A DNA stretch of 64,000 nt, taken from positions 248,001-312,000 of the forward strand of contig NIVC01000665.1 of assembly GCA_002269645.1 (NCBI GenBank). The letters run 5' to 3'. Made by a program: the position numbers and the translations under genes. The stretch is from Macrostomum lignano. Lineage: Eukaryota. Below the pieces are notes generated by a model that was not told the DNA's origin, ran no database searches, and was given only the letters and a program-made list of their open reading frames with translations. Each line of letters starts with the position of its first letter. Positions within the stretch are counted from its first letter, which is position 1. Positions 1-12,042 of this stretch are shown here, piece by piece.

Positions 1-14
1 ACCCGACACCAAGC

Positions 15-1859
15 ATGCTGGCATTTCTGGCGGCAGCAGCGGCAGTGCTGCTAAGCCTGCCGCAGGCGGCACTGCAGTGCCAGTACCGCAACGGCTACAT
101 TTTCGAATGCGGTCACAACCAGCTGAGCAGGATGTCCCAGCTGCGCGGACCCCTGCCCGATGGTGTCACAGTGCTGGACATTTCCTACAACAGATTTGAC
201 CAGCTGGACCCAGCCTACTTGGTGGAGCAGTTCCCCGGAGTGCAGCAGGTGCTGGCAGTGGACAACAGAATTACCAGACTGCTGCTGAATACCGATGCTC
301 AAACTACTTGGCCGCAGTTGAGACTGCTCAGGCTGAGCAGGAACCGGCTGGAATCGATCAGCCGAGACGAGTTCTCATTCGGCACAGGCCTGGAGACGCT
401 GCATTTCGACAACAATCGGTTGCAGAGTCTCAACAGGGGCTGCTTCAGCCGGTGTCACAATTTGAGTTTGCTCAATCTGGCGCACAATAATCTGGACTTT
501 CTGCACTCGGATTACTTCTGGGGTGAGCATTGCGGCTTACTGAACCGGTTAAGGGGGGGGGCTGTAGCCTAGTGGTCAGAGCGTCGGACTCACAACTTGA
601 AAGGTCGGGGGTTCGATTCCAGATCCACTAGAACAATTTGTGTCTAATATCTAAATATTGCACACAATAAAGTGCATCAGAATCTTCTACATCCGCACAG
701 GCCTGTGGAGCCTTCAACGACTCCAGCTCAGCCACAACCAGCTCACCGGACTGTCCAGCGACGCCCTCGGCCACCTGCACAGCCTGAAAGCGCTGGACCT
801 CAGCCACAACCGCATCAAGTCCCTGTCAGCCTCCGCTCTCCAGGGCCTGCCAAGCCTGTCCAGACTCAGCCTCGCAGGAAACCAGCTGACGGAGTTCCCG
901 ATGGACGCGCTGAAACCGTCGCAGTCCCTGCTGCACCTGGACCTGTCGGGCAACCTCCTGACTGACCTGTACCCCGGCACCGTCACTCAGCTGGCCGCGC
1001 TCGAGAGACTGCTGCTGAACAACTCCGAGGAGTTGCAGCTCATCGATGCCGGAGCTTTCCAACGCCTGCCGCGACTGCGCCTGCTGGACGTCACCGACAG
1101 TCGCCGGCTGGTGTACATCAGCGCCAATGCATTTGTCAACTGTCCTCGTCTGGCGAAACTGCGACTGACCGGCTGCCCGCTGGCTGTCGCTCCGCTGGCG
1201 GACTGGCGACGAAACTCGCCGAAGATCAGCTCGATCGATATCGCCGAGGCGACACCCACCGGGGCTCCTGGCTCTGGCGGTGGCGGCGGCGACGTCATGG
1301 TGATGGACCTGTTCCCGGCCGAGATCGTGCTGTCCGAGGGCCACCGGCTCAGGCTGCCTTGCCGCTCTTATCCGGAAGGTCGGGCCAGCTGGCGGCTGCC
1401 CGCCGGTCTGGCGGCTGGCCGCTTCGCTGGAGGCGGCGAGCAGAGGCGACATCTACGGCATCACGTGACCGTCACTCCGCAGCAGGACCTGCTGCTGCAC
1501 GACGCCTTTGACAAGCTGAGCGGCACATATGCCTGCGTTGCCGACGAAGAAGTCAACGCGACCGCCGAGCATCCAGCGGAGAGCTTAGGGCGGCCGCTGA
1601 GACGAGAGGTTGCCATCAGCGTCAAACGGCTGGAGAGCCGGCTGCTGCTGTTGAAGGTGAAGAACAGACAGAGAGACACTAAGACACGATGACGCATATC
1701 GATAGACAGAAGAAACGGTAGGAACATACAGATGGAAAGTCGGAAAGACACTAAAATGGTTTCTAGATTAGAATTAAGACAGTAAAACAGATAGGAAGAC
1801 ATACAGACTGACAGAGACAGACAGACGGACACTAAGACACTCCGATGCTAAGACACTAC

Positions 1860-1911
<52 letters not shown>

Positions 1912-1914
1912 GGC

Positions 1915-1981
<67 letters not shown>

Positions 1982-4900
1982 TAGACAGACCGTCCCACCT
2001 CCGCCGACTCTCCAAATCCAGCTGACCGAAAACAGCATCGTGGTGACCTGGCAGAACCTCAACAACCCGGACGATTTCGTGCTGATGTACCGGCCGCGCG
2101 GTGACACGGACTCTGGCTACCACCGCATCCGCCTGCGCGCCTACATGAAGCGGTACTCCATCAGCAGCCTGAGACCCGGCTGCGCCTACCAGCTGTGCCT
2201 GGCGCTGAGGACCTACACAGATTACCAGCACCTGCACTGCATGGTGGTGACCACCCTGACTGGCCGGGAGTCAGCTGACAGAGACAATTTACTATTCAAC
2301 GGAAGAATCGTGCTGGTGCTGGTTATTGGCATAGCGGTGTCAGTCGGCGTTCTGGTGGCCTGCTTGGTGGCCTGCAGCCTGTCGCGAGATAAAGAAACGG
2401 ACGCTTGGAGTCAGGTGATGAGAGTACCAGCTGCCCGCCTTATAACAACAGTTTTATCAAAATATTTCGGTCTCAAAGGGTCTCGTTAGTCTTTTAAAGA
2501 GAGGATAAAGGCGCCATACTGGGTTGCCCAAGGTTGCAACCAAGGATTTTATATTAGCGTCAAGCAACACAGTCCTCGAAGCTTCGAGGTGGCCATTTCG
2601 TAAACAATGTTGCTTCCCGAGACGACGCATCCAAAAACGACTTAACTAAAGTGCAATGCTTCACATGTCTTGGGGCTACAAGAAGCTGGTCAAAAACTCT
2701 AGTGCGATTCCAGAGGCAGTCAGTCAAAACTTTTCCCTTAAAAATATGAGTAGCTGTTTAGCGAGGGCATGCCGGTACTTGAGCTCATATATAGAGGCTG
2801 CGCCTTGATACACACTAGTGAGCCTTGAAACCTTGCCTCCAGCGGAAAGGAAAGGAGAGAGAGAGAGAATAACGTCTAGTGTCCAAACGCACGAACTCCC
2901 ACTTCCAGACCGAAAGTCTGGGAACATAATTTTAGTGATCACTTACCACATCGGTCTCCTCTTCTTATCGGGCAGATTCACGTATCGGAATCGGTCCAAA
3001 GGAACCTATCCAATCCCTTAGGAATAGGGAGGCCTTTAACTCAAATTCAACAGAAATCAATTGAACAACAACCGCCGATAATTGTAATGGCTATAGTAAG
3101 AAAGGCCGGTCGAGTGTGCTGAGACGAAAGGTGGAGCCCTGCTAGGTAGGCTGATCGATATTTATTTATTTTCAGACTATGGAATAAAATCACGCCACCA
3201 GAGTGGGGGTGGAGAATCGCCGCACTTGAAGTGCATGAATTGTACGCAAGGCCGATGTTAAATTGGGCTCGCGTGAGCACTACATCTCTCCACGCGCGGA
3301 TTAGTAACAAGGGGATAAAAAACAAAATATTGTAACCAAAAAGTACATTGTCAAGGTCTGCTGCTGCAAAGCAATCACTGAGACTCAATGTCTCCTAAGG
3401 CCCGGCTCCTTGTAGTTCTTGGCCCCGTCTTTAGCCTGGCGCGGGTGCGGATCGGCGGGCTCGCCGGGCGCCTCTTGGCCGCCGGTCTCACCGATGGACT
3501 CGGCCTGTTGCTTGGCCGGGGGCTCCGGCAGCTTCTTGACCTGAGTGGCGTGCCGTCGGCAAGTGGTCTCGCCACGCTGAAAAACCAGGGCATCTCCATG
3601 GACCTCGGCCACAGTCCACGGTACGGTTTCAAAGAAGGTGTCCGTTTTTTGTCGGTGCTGCTGGCGCCGTAGGACGCGGTCACCTGGTTGGATTTGATGG
3701 TCAGCGGCTCGTTCTCGCTGGTCGCGGTAGTCCTTCATCTTCTCCTTGGCCTTCGAATCCGCTCCGGCAATGGCAGCTCGCGTCGCTTTCACAGGTCGCG
3801 AGTGGTGAAGACTGGGGATCGCGTCATTGACTTGGCGTCCGAAGAGCAGGTTTGCCGGGGCGACTCCTGTCGAGCTGTGCGGCGTGCGCCGGTACGCGGC
3901 CAGGTATTCATCGACAGCTGCCGTCCAGTATTTGCCTTCGGCGACAGCTGCACGTATGGCTTTGTTGAGGCCCTTGTTGCAGCGCTCGGTGGCTCCGTTA
4001 GCCTGCGGATAGAGCGGCGTGATCCGATGATGGTGGACTCCTTGGTCTATCAGGAAGCTGGTGAAATCCGATGATGAGAAAGGCGGCCCGTTGTCGGTTG
4101 ACACCCTGAGCGGCTGGCCGAAGATGCTAAACCACCGTCTGAGCACGCGTGTGGTGGCGCCGGCCGTTGTGTCTGCCATAACTTCAACCAGAGGAAATCG
4201 AGAAAAGTGATCGGTGCAGACGAGTAACGACTTTCCTTTGACGGGCCTCAGGAAGTCAAGGCCGAGATCGAGCCACGGCCCATCCGGCAGATCCGTCGGC
4301 TTCAAGGGCGTTGCCTTCGTAGTCGCCTCGCTGTTGCAGGCCGCGCAGCTGATGCAGGTGGCCACATGAGTCTCCATTGCCGAGCGCATGCCGGGCTACC
4401 AGACCTTCGACTGCAGGCGGTCCAGTGTCTTCCGCATGCCTTGGTGTCCTTGATGGACCAGTTGAAGGCACCGGAACCGCAGCACCGCAGGCACGAACAG
4501 CTGGCTGCCGCGCAATAGGAGGCCGTCGTGTCTGACGTGCCTGACGCCTCGGATGTCCTTCAGATCCGCGTCCTTGGAGTCCCAGCTGCCAATGCGAATG
4601 GCGCGGCGGGCAGCCTGCACTGTCGGGTCCTGCTCCGAAGCCTTGATCGCTGATATGCTGAGAGACACCGGAGTCGCCGCCTGGACGACAATGGCAACGA
4701 ACGCTGCGTCGGCCCGCTCGCCTCCGTTGTTTGGCGGCAGCGGTAGCGGTTGCCGGCTGAGCACGTCGGACGGGTTTCCGGCTCCGGGCTGGTAAACGAC
4801 GCTGAAAGCAAGGTCCTGCAGTCGGAGAGCCATGCGTTCAATTCTGGGCGGCGGCCGAGACCCTGGGCTGAACATCAAGACGAGCGGTCTGTGGTCAGTT

Positions 4901-7900
4901 ATGACTTTACAGTGCTCACAGCCGCTGAGATAATGATGAAATTTAAGGCAGCCATACTTTACTGCGAGTGCCTCGCGCTCGGTCTGCGAGTACCGCTGCT
5001 CGGTGGCGCTGAGGCTGCGGCTCGCGTAGGCCACCGGTCGAATCGAACCATCAGGCTGCACTTGGGCTAGGATGGCGCCGGCTCCGGTTGGACTGGCATC
5101 GACAATCAGCTGGGACTGCAGGTCTTTGCTGAAGAATGCCAGCGCCTGGCCACTGGCTATCGTGCGCTTGATGTCGATGAAAGCTGCTTCTTGATGGTCG
5201 CCCTACGTCCACTCTGCCCCGTGCTTTGTCAGATCTCGGAGCGGCCGTGCCCTGTCGGACAGGTTGCTAATGAAGCGAGCGACAAAGGTGACGAGGCCGA
5301 GGAAGAACCTGACCTCGGTAGCGTTGGTCGGTCTTTTGAAGCAGTTAATGGCCGCCACCTTCTCTGTGCTGGGATGGATTCCGGCTGCTGTGAGGCGCAT
5401 GGCGAGGAAGTCGACTTCTTGCTGCGCGAACCTGCACTTCGCCGGGTTGAGGGTGATATTGTGGTCTCGCAGCCGCTGCAGACAGTCGCGCAGTCGCTGG
5501 TTGTGCTCTTCGATACACTTGGCGTAGATGAGGATGTCGTCGTGTACCCAGCGCACGCCGGGGAGTCCGCTCAGAACAGTCGTCATCACGCGCTGCAGGA
5601 TTTCGGAGGCTGACGTATAGCCCATGCAGAGGCGCCTCAATCGCATAAGGCCGAGTGGCGTTGAGAAGGTCAGGAGCTCCCTCGAATCTTCGGCCACCTC
5701 GATTTGATGAAAGGCCTTGGCGACATCTAACTCTGAGAAACATGTTGATCCGGCCATCTCGACCGTAACCTCCTCAAATGTGGGAATCGGTTGCTTCTCG
5801 GGAATCACGAATTTGTTGACCTCGCGGAGATCCTGGGTGATGCGGATTCGTCCCTTGTCGTCCTTTGGAACAGCCACCATTATTGAGCACCATGCTGTAG
5901 GTCCGTGGACACGCTCGATGATGCCCTGAGCAAGCTGCTATTCCAGCTCTTTTCTGACGGCGTCTCTGAGGTGCACTGGCACGCGTGACGGTGCTTGGCA
6001 TGTTGGCGTGGCTTCGGGACGCAGCTTGATGGAGACGCGGACGCCTTTGACGCAGCCGATGCCGTGAAATCGATCCTCGAATTCGGTCAGGACGCTTTGC
6101 AGCTGCGGGTTGTCGGTCGGGTGCTGGTCGTTGATCCTTCGTGACCCCGTGAGACCTGCCACTAATACGGGTTGCTTGTTGGCTCCTGGGCCGACCTGTA
6201 GCATGCCGAGCTCGGTGCTGGTCTGTCTTCCGATGATGGGGGTGCAGCTGCTTTTTATGATGATGAAGTTCGGCTGCAGCTTGTGCCCGTTCGCCGCCAC
6301 GATCAACCTGGCTTGTCCCTCAACGGCCAGCGGTTGGCTTGCGCCAAGTGGGAAAACCCTTGTGCTGCAGGGCTCGATCCTGGTGCCCGGGTTGCTGATC
6401 CGCCTGAAGGTGCACAGGTCGAGCACGTTGCAGCTCGCTCCGCTGTCGATGAGCGCCCTGACTGCGTGGCCGTTGATGCTGATGACGAACTTTGCGCTCC
6501 CGCTCTTGTCTTCCAGCGTGCAGAACACTTCCTCGTGTAACTGGTCGGTCGGCTCGTCCGAGTAGTGGCCAAGTGCGTTGATGCGCGAACGGCTACTGAG
6601 ACAAGCCTTGGCGAGGTGGTTCATCTTTCCACAGCTATTGCACTTCTTGTCCTGGGCCTTGTTGCAGCTTCGGTGTCAAGACTCTCCGCAGCGGATGCAT
6701 TTGCTGTTGGTCTTTGGCGACTCGCGGGCTGACCCACCTGGCTGGCGGCGGCGCAGCATGTTGACGTCTTCGGAGGTGGCAGCGCTTTTCGACATGATGG
6801 CGGCTTGCTTTTCGGCCGCTTCATGTTCTTTCCAGCTGTAGAGTGTCTGCGAGACTGATGTTTGGCACGTTTAAGAATCGCTTCCTGAGGGCATCGCTGC
6901 GGCAACAGGCCACGATTTGATCTCGGATCAGTGACTGCTGCAGGTCTCCAAACTGGCACGCTTCTGATGCGCTCCACAGTCTGCTGTACCATGAGTCGAT
7001 CTGTTCGCCATCCTCTTGAAGGCAATTCCGGAATTGGTATCTGATGAAGACGACATTGTCGCGGCCTTTAAACTGTTTGTTGAAAGTCGCGATAAGTTTT
7101 GAAATGTTTTCACTTTGGCCTTCTGCGATAGTTTCGCTGTTAGCGATCTCTTTGTACATGTCGCTGATTTCCTTTCCGGCAGAATTTCCCGCTTTTGGGC
7201 CTCATTGGTGATGCCGCTGACCGCCAGGTAGCGCTGTAGGTTGTCAGCCAATTCTTGCCAACGTCTGCTGACAGTGTGTGGGTCTTCTCTAATGCTGAAT
7301 GATGCCGGGGGCGGCAGTTGCAAGGCCATGGCTCGCTCTTGCGACGCCAATGTAATGGCTATAGTAAGAAAGGCCAGTCGAGTGTGCTGAGACGAAAGTT
7401 GGAGCCCTGCTAGGTAGGCTGATCGATATTTATTTATTTTCAGACTATGGAAAAAAATCACGCCACCAGAGTGGGGGTGGAGAATCGCCGCACTTGAAGT
7501 GCATGAATTGTACGCAAGGCCGATGTACATATAAATTGGGCTCGCATGAGCACTACCCCGGGTAGCAAAGTGACGTAGCGCGACGTCAAAATGACGTTGA
7601 AAATAGGTCAAAGTGTAACGTCGAAAGGACGTCAATTCTGTCGATGTTTTTTACGTAATTTTGACCTAGATCTATGACGTTGTTTTGACGTCAAAATGTA
7701 CCGAAATTTTACCGTCTTTATTTAATAGAATTAATGGCTTTTAAATGCACGAAATGACTGGTATAATGTCTTTTAAGAAAACAAATGTTACTGGCTTTAT
7801 AATTGATGGTTATCTTTGCATTCTGAAGTCAACTTTCTTTGAATGTGTGTAGGCAGTACATGTATCCATCTTATTTCTAGAAGCTAATAGCAGTGGCGTA

Positions 7901-10900
7901 GCTAGGAATTTCCTTCCGGGGGTCACAGTCACAGCGGCAACCAGGGGCGGGGTGCTAGGCCTCTGCGACGGGGGAGGGGGGCTGCTGCCTGTATTTGGCC
8001 TGGATCAGACAGCTGGGGGGGGGGTTCATGACCCCAATGACCCCCCTTGGCTACGCCCCTGGCTAATAGTTACATTTTTACCAGAAAATATTAAACAAGA
8101 ATACATGCGGACAAAGCCTTATATTCATCTTCTCTTGTATACATACATATTGTAGACATTGGATTCAGAAGTTATTGTTACTTTTTTCGTAAATTGTTAT
8201 TTTAACACAAATTAAGTTGATGCTTGCAAATGAAAATTTATGAAAAGGATGGTAATAAATTAAATTTTAAAAGTTGAAAAATTTACAATAGCGCCAAAAA
8301 CGACAGTACTGACAAAACAAAATAGAATGTTGAAAACAGTGTCATTGATCAACAAATATAAGGATGAAAGCAGCAAGCAACAGAACTGTAGAATAAATAA
8401 ATAGAGAGTATAGTTGCATATTGCTGCATTTTGCCCAGTCTTTCACTCAGAAGATCTACATCAAATTCTTGATAGTCCCCAGTCTCTGAATTGGAGGAGA
8501 CTGAATCAAATGGTGAATTGTTATCCTCTTCCACAACTCCTTCCTCAAATTGACTAGCTGACATCCCTTCATGACAACCTGTTCCAATAAGCAGGGATGA
8601 TGTCATCATGGGAATGAATTTTCTCCTCCTTATCTAGTAGTTGGAATTAGTATCATTGATGGCATATAGTAGCAATGATATATAGCAATCCTATATACTA
8701 AAAATGAAAATCTTGCTTGCTTGCTTGCTTGTAATCGATTAGAGAAAAAATGGCTTAACCGATTTTCATGAGACTTGCACTGTTCGATCAGAAATTTTCC
8801 CGTGACTGTACATGCATAGCGGCTAAGAAATTGCTCGATGCTAAAGGCATTAAATATTCAAAAAACATGCTTTTTTGCAAAGGTCAAGCAAACTTTTCCA
8901 CTTGAAATGCATTGTAAGAATGCTAGAGAAAAAACTGACTGGTTGAATTCTGATTCTGAAATAGATTGAATCATAACTGAATTGTAACTCCGACTTGAAT
9001 TGAAAATGCACTGTGGAAGCGTAGCAGACTCATAGAAGCGTCATGTAAAAAATTATAGAAGCGTCATGTGAACAATCATAAAAGCGTCATGTAAACAATC
9101 ATAGAAGCGTCATGTAAACAATCATAGAAGCGTCATGTAAACAATCATAGAAGCGTCATTTAAAAAATCACAGAAGCATCATGTAAACAATCATAGAAGC
9201 GTCATTTAAAAATCATAGAAGCGTCATTTAAAAATCATAGAAGCGTAATTTAAAAAATCATAGAAGCGTCATGTAAACAATCATAGAAGCGTCATGTAAA
9301 CAATCATAGAAGCGTCATGTAAACAATCATAGAAGCGTCATGTAAAAAATCGTAGAAGCGTCATGTAAAAAATCATAGAAGCGTCATAGAAAGCATCATG
9401 TAAACAATCATAGATTTTCATTTTTAGTATATAGGATCTCTCCTGTCCTCTTCACCTAGGTGGCCATCTGAAATAGGCAGAAAAAAGTATATTTGGTTAT
9501 AAAAAGATTTTGACTTATGCATTTGTACAGTTATATTTTATATATCCATAAATTACAATATACAAAACTATATTATACAGAAGTCTTTAGCCTTACTCTT
9601 AGTCTTAGGATTTCTATACATAATCTTATAAATATTTTTACTTTTTTTCAGACTTTCTATTCAGCTAAAAAATCTGCTCAACCACAAATTAAACAATAGT
9701 GCCCAGCAATGCTACAATAATGTCTAAAATATGTCTAAATATGATTAACAAGCTATAGGCTACTTGATGAGGCAAAACAGTAATAAATATATGTTTTAAT
9801 ATAGAATATAGCTAAGCATAAGTTTGTTAAGGAAATTGTAGCTCTAAGAGTGCTAAAATGAGAAATTAGGGCCTACTAAAGATTTTAATGAGCTAACTAG
9901 GAAACTAAAGTATATTTTAAATGCTAACATGAACTTAGCATGTATAATAGATATGATGTAATTAAATGGCTGATTAGTAAAACTAAGAAACAAAAAATAT
10001 TAATTTCAAATCAAGTATGCCAAGCTTTTTGTATGATATAAATGCTAGAACAACTGCACCTTCCAAATAAAAATTTGAAATTGGATCTTGGATATGATAT
10101 CTAAGGTCCAATGATTATATATGATTAGGCTGAGAGTAAGACTGATTTGAAAATCAAGCAGTTCTTTGCAAACTGTATGTATGTAGGAATTTGATTTCCA
10201 GACAATTATTATTTTGATAGGAATTATGTTTAACTCTAGTAGTTGTAATCAATGCAATACTTGTGGTAGGCCAGGCTATTATTATTGTATATTTCCAATA
10301 CAAACAGCAGTACTGATAGGAAAATGGGGAGAGAGAGAAAGTAGTAGAATTAAAATGAGCAACTATTTTATTAGCCAGCCAATTTAGCAAAGTTTGTAGT
10401 AGCTAAATCAGCCATGATTTGGTATTGCTTTAAGTCATTCTATACCAAAAACATCTATTGGTACGTTTTATGGCAGCTGAAAATATTTCGAATAATATTC
10501 AACCAGGAGAAAGATGACGTTGATATCATTGTGAAGGTGAAGTTTCATATAGCTGGTAACACTAACTAAATAAAAAAGCAACGCCACTTATGATATAAAG
10601 CGATTTATCATGCAGCAAAATATTCAAATATACGATTTTAATAACACGTATTAACAAAATAAAACTGTAAAAAAACGAGCCTTACTTTTTCCCTTACTTT
10701 TCTCAGTGTTATAAAAATCATTCAATCTACGTAATTATATAGTACTGCAGTATATAAACGTCAAATTTTGGGTTCCATAATGACTAAAGTTTGACGTTGA
10801 TTTTTCAACCTACTTTCAACGAATATTTTACGTTACTTCTTTACTATTTTACAGGTATAATTGAGCTAGCAAAATGATGACTATAAATGCATATTGACTC

Positions 10901-12042
10901 TGGCATCTAATTATGCAAAAATAAACTAAAATATCAACGAAGACGGGCTGGGGTGAATAGATTTGCGATGGTAATTTTTGCGACGTCAACGCAACCGCAA
11001 ATTGACGTCAAAATGCTAGCCGGGTACAATAATAACTCAGCTCTCGATCAAAGAACAAAGACGTCTCACCAAACGGTACAGATTTATCTCAGAGATGTAG
11101 TCCCGATCTTCTTTAGTAAGTTCCAGCTTCCTTGGAACTGCTCCAAGTCCATTGGGACTGCTCCGAGTCGGAGGTTTTTCAGGCTCACAAAGCGCTTGTG
11201 TTAATACACAAATTTTGCGAAAACCTGTTTATTCCGGTTTAGTTTGATGAGAATTGAAGGGGTCAAATCTTAAGAATTTGATCCTTTGACAGTTGAATAG
11301 AATTTGCTCGAATACAATAGGGGTGAGGACACCGTTTACCTTATTTATGGTTCATTGTAAATTCATTGTTTACGCTATAAAAGGTAACCACGGTTCATCT
11401 CTTGCGTTATGAATAGTAACATGATTCAAAGTTTTAGTTTCACTGCGCAGGTTTGCATTGCTCTACTTACAGTAGCATTTTAGAAATAAAAGATACGCTA
11501 CATTAGGGCTGCTGTACACTCGTGTGTGAGTGTGCCTGTGCGTATGACTGCGTACGTATTCGCGCGCTTGTGTGCCTGCTCAGGGGAGTCGGCGGAATGG
11601 GCAGCTATGCCTCTCGCCGGTTGTCACAATGACGCTTAAAGTGCGCCTGGGTGCACACCGCCTCCTACTTCAATAAATAAGCAACTGATTGCAGCTGCCC
11701 TCACCGCCATCCCAGGCCTCGCTAGCTGGCTCCCGCTGGTCCGACAGTCAGCCGATGACATTCGAGAATCGGGCAGCAGCTGACGACTATTTTGGCGACG
11801 TTGGCGACGCTCTGGAAAGCGAGCCGGACGAAGACGACGACGATGATTCGAATGCGGACCAAGTGGGGCGGCGTCCCGCCGAGGCCGCAATCGACGGAAT
11901 CGAACTGCGGATGCAGGATTCAGCCGCTGATCCCGGCGAGGAAGAGTTTGGAGAGCGCCTCATCACCAGCGTGATGCAGCATCGGCCGCTGGAGGTTGCC
12001 ATGAGCGGCAATTCGGAGCCATCAGCGCAAGACAAGCACTGA
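15..12042 (+). CDS. LRR-Ig-FN3 single-pass membrane protein (LRRN/NLRR-like), 4 exons, about 734 aa
   Basis: Exons 15-522, 701-1656, 2022-2414, 11695-12042; all introns GT-AG with matching phases (1,0,0). Signal peptide, LxxLxLxxNxL repeats, Ig-like segment (LRLPC...W...GTYAC), FN3 (SIVVTW...YQLCL), TM (IVLVLVIGIAVSVGVLVACLVAC) and an acidic tail. Exon 4 is assigned by its phase-0 acceptor and GC-rich coding character. Confidence 0.82.
557..644 (+). mobile_element. tRNA-derived SINE, 5' fragment (copy A) in LRR intron 1
   Basis: A box TAGCCTAGTGG and B box GGTTCGATTCC; closely similar to the head of the copy at 55466-55779; truncated at AATTTGTGTC where the CORE region begins. Confidence 0.8.
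1795..1990 (+). repeat. (GACA)n microsatellite in LRR intron 2
   Basis: Direct reading; source of the RQTD/LSVC pseudo-ORFs. Confidence 0.95.
3083..3284 (-). repeat. 3' LTR (202 bp)
   Basis: Direct repeat of 7351-7555; I count 4 substitutions and one small indel. Confidence 0.95.
3385..7329 (-). pseudogene. Gypsy gag-pol, disrupted
   Basis: Gag with tandem CCHC knuckles (CIRCGES*H...CNSCGKMNHLAKAC), protease DSGAS, RT (FSELDVAKAFHQ, VHDDIL), RNase H (DAS...YSQTEREAL...TDHRPL) and integrase (HQG...CISC, DFL...DNGP...ERCN). In-frame stops at 6676, 5938, 5203 and 4396; frameshifts in gag near 7170 and 6825. Confidence 0.93.
7351..7555 (-). repeat. 5' LTR (terminal CA displaced to 11027-11028)
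   Basis: Matches 3083-3284 up to ...GAGCACTA; the missing CA and the TSD reappear after the inserted element. Confidence 0.92.
7891..8061. mobile_element. hAT-type MITE
   Basis: TIR CAGTGGCGTAGC / GCTACGCCCCTG; 8-bp TSD GCTAATAG at 7883-7890 and 8062-8069. Confidence 0.9.
8688..9437. mobile_element. Helitron-like non-autonomous insert with a 26-bp inverted terminus
   Basis: Starts A-TCCTATATACTAAAAATGAAAATCT, then (TTGC)n and AACCGATTTTCATGA, resembling Helitron 5' ends as I recall them; 8688-8713 is the exact reverse complement of 9412-9437; no TSD. Confidence 0.55.
9030..9412 (+). repeat. ~23-bp minisatellite CATAGAAGCGTCATGTAAACAAT
   Basis: Direct reading. Confidence 0.92.
11503..11658 (+). 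repeat. Short interspersed repeat, copy 1
   Basis: Aligns by eye to the reverse complement of 33761-33897 (TTAGGGC.GCTGTACACTC.TGTGTGAGTGTG...CGCGCGCTTGTGTGCCTGCT...CTCTCGCCGGTTGT...GCTTAAAGT.CGCC.GGGTGCACAC). Confidence 0.8.

Larger units (their letters stand above)
7556..11024. mobile_element. Non-autonomous DNA transposon with CCC-termini and TA TSD (CMC/EnSpm-like, family uncertain)
   Basis: Imperfect TIR CCCCGGGTAGCAAAGTGACGT versus CCCGGCTAGCATTTTGACGT; TA at 7554-55 and 11025-26; dense subterminal GACGT motifs at both ends; AT-rich interior without an intact transposase. Confidence 0.8.
3083..11028 (-). mobile_element. Ty3/Gypsy LTR retrotransposon (Mag-like); 5' LTR end interrupted by a DNA transposon
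   Basis: LTRs TGTAAT...ACTACA; PBS-like TGGCGTCGCAAG next to the 5' LTR; PPT GGAGAGA next to the 3' LTR; gag-PR-RT-RH-IN order; 5-bp TSD ATAAT at 3078-3082 and 11029-11033. Confidence 0.95.

Noticed and set aside
557-630. Functional tRNA-Val(CAC)
   Set aside because: Anticodon and acceptor stems are poorly paired, and the sequence continues into the SINE body seen in two other copies.
2490-3077. Coding remnant continuing at 11034-11210 across the Gypsy insertion
   Set aside because: Short open frames exist, but I recognise no protein family.
8349-8609. Acidic 86-aa ORF as transposase of the CCC-TIR element
   Set aside because: No recognisable catalytic motif; could be a relic but unsupported.
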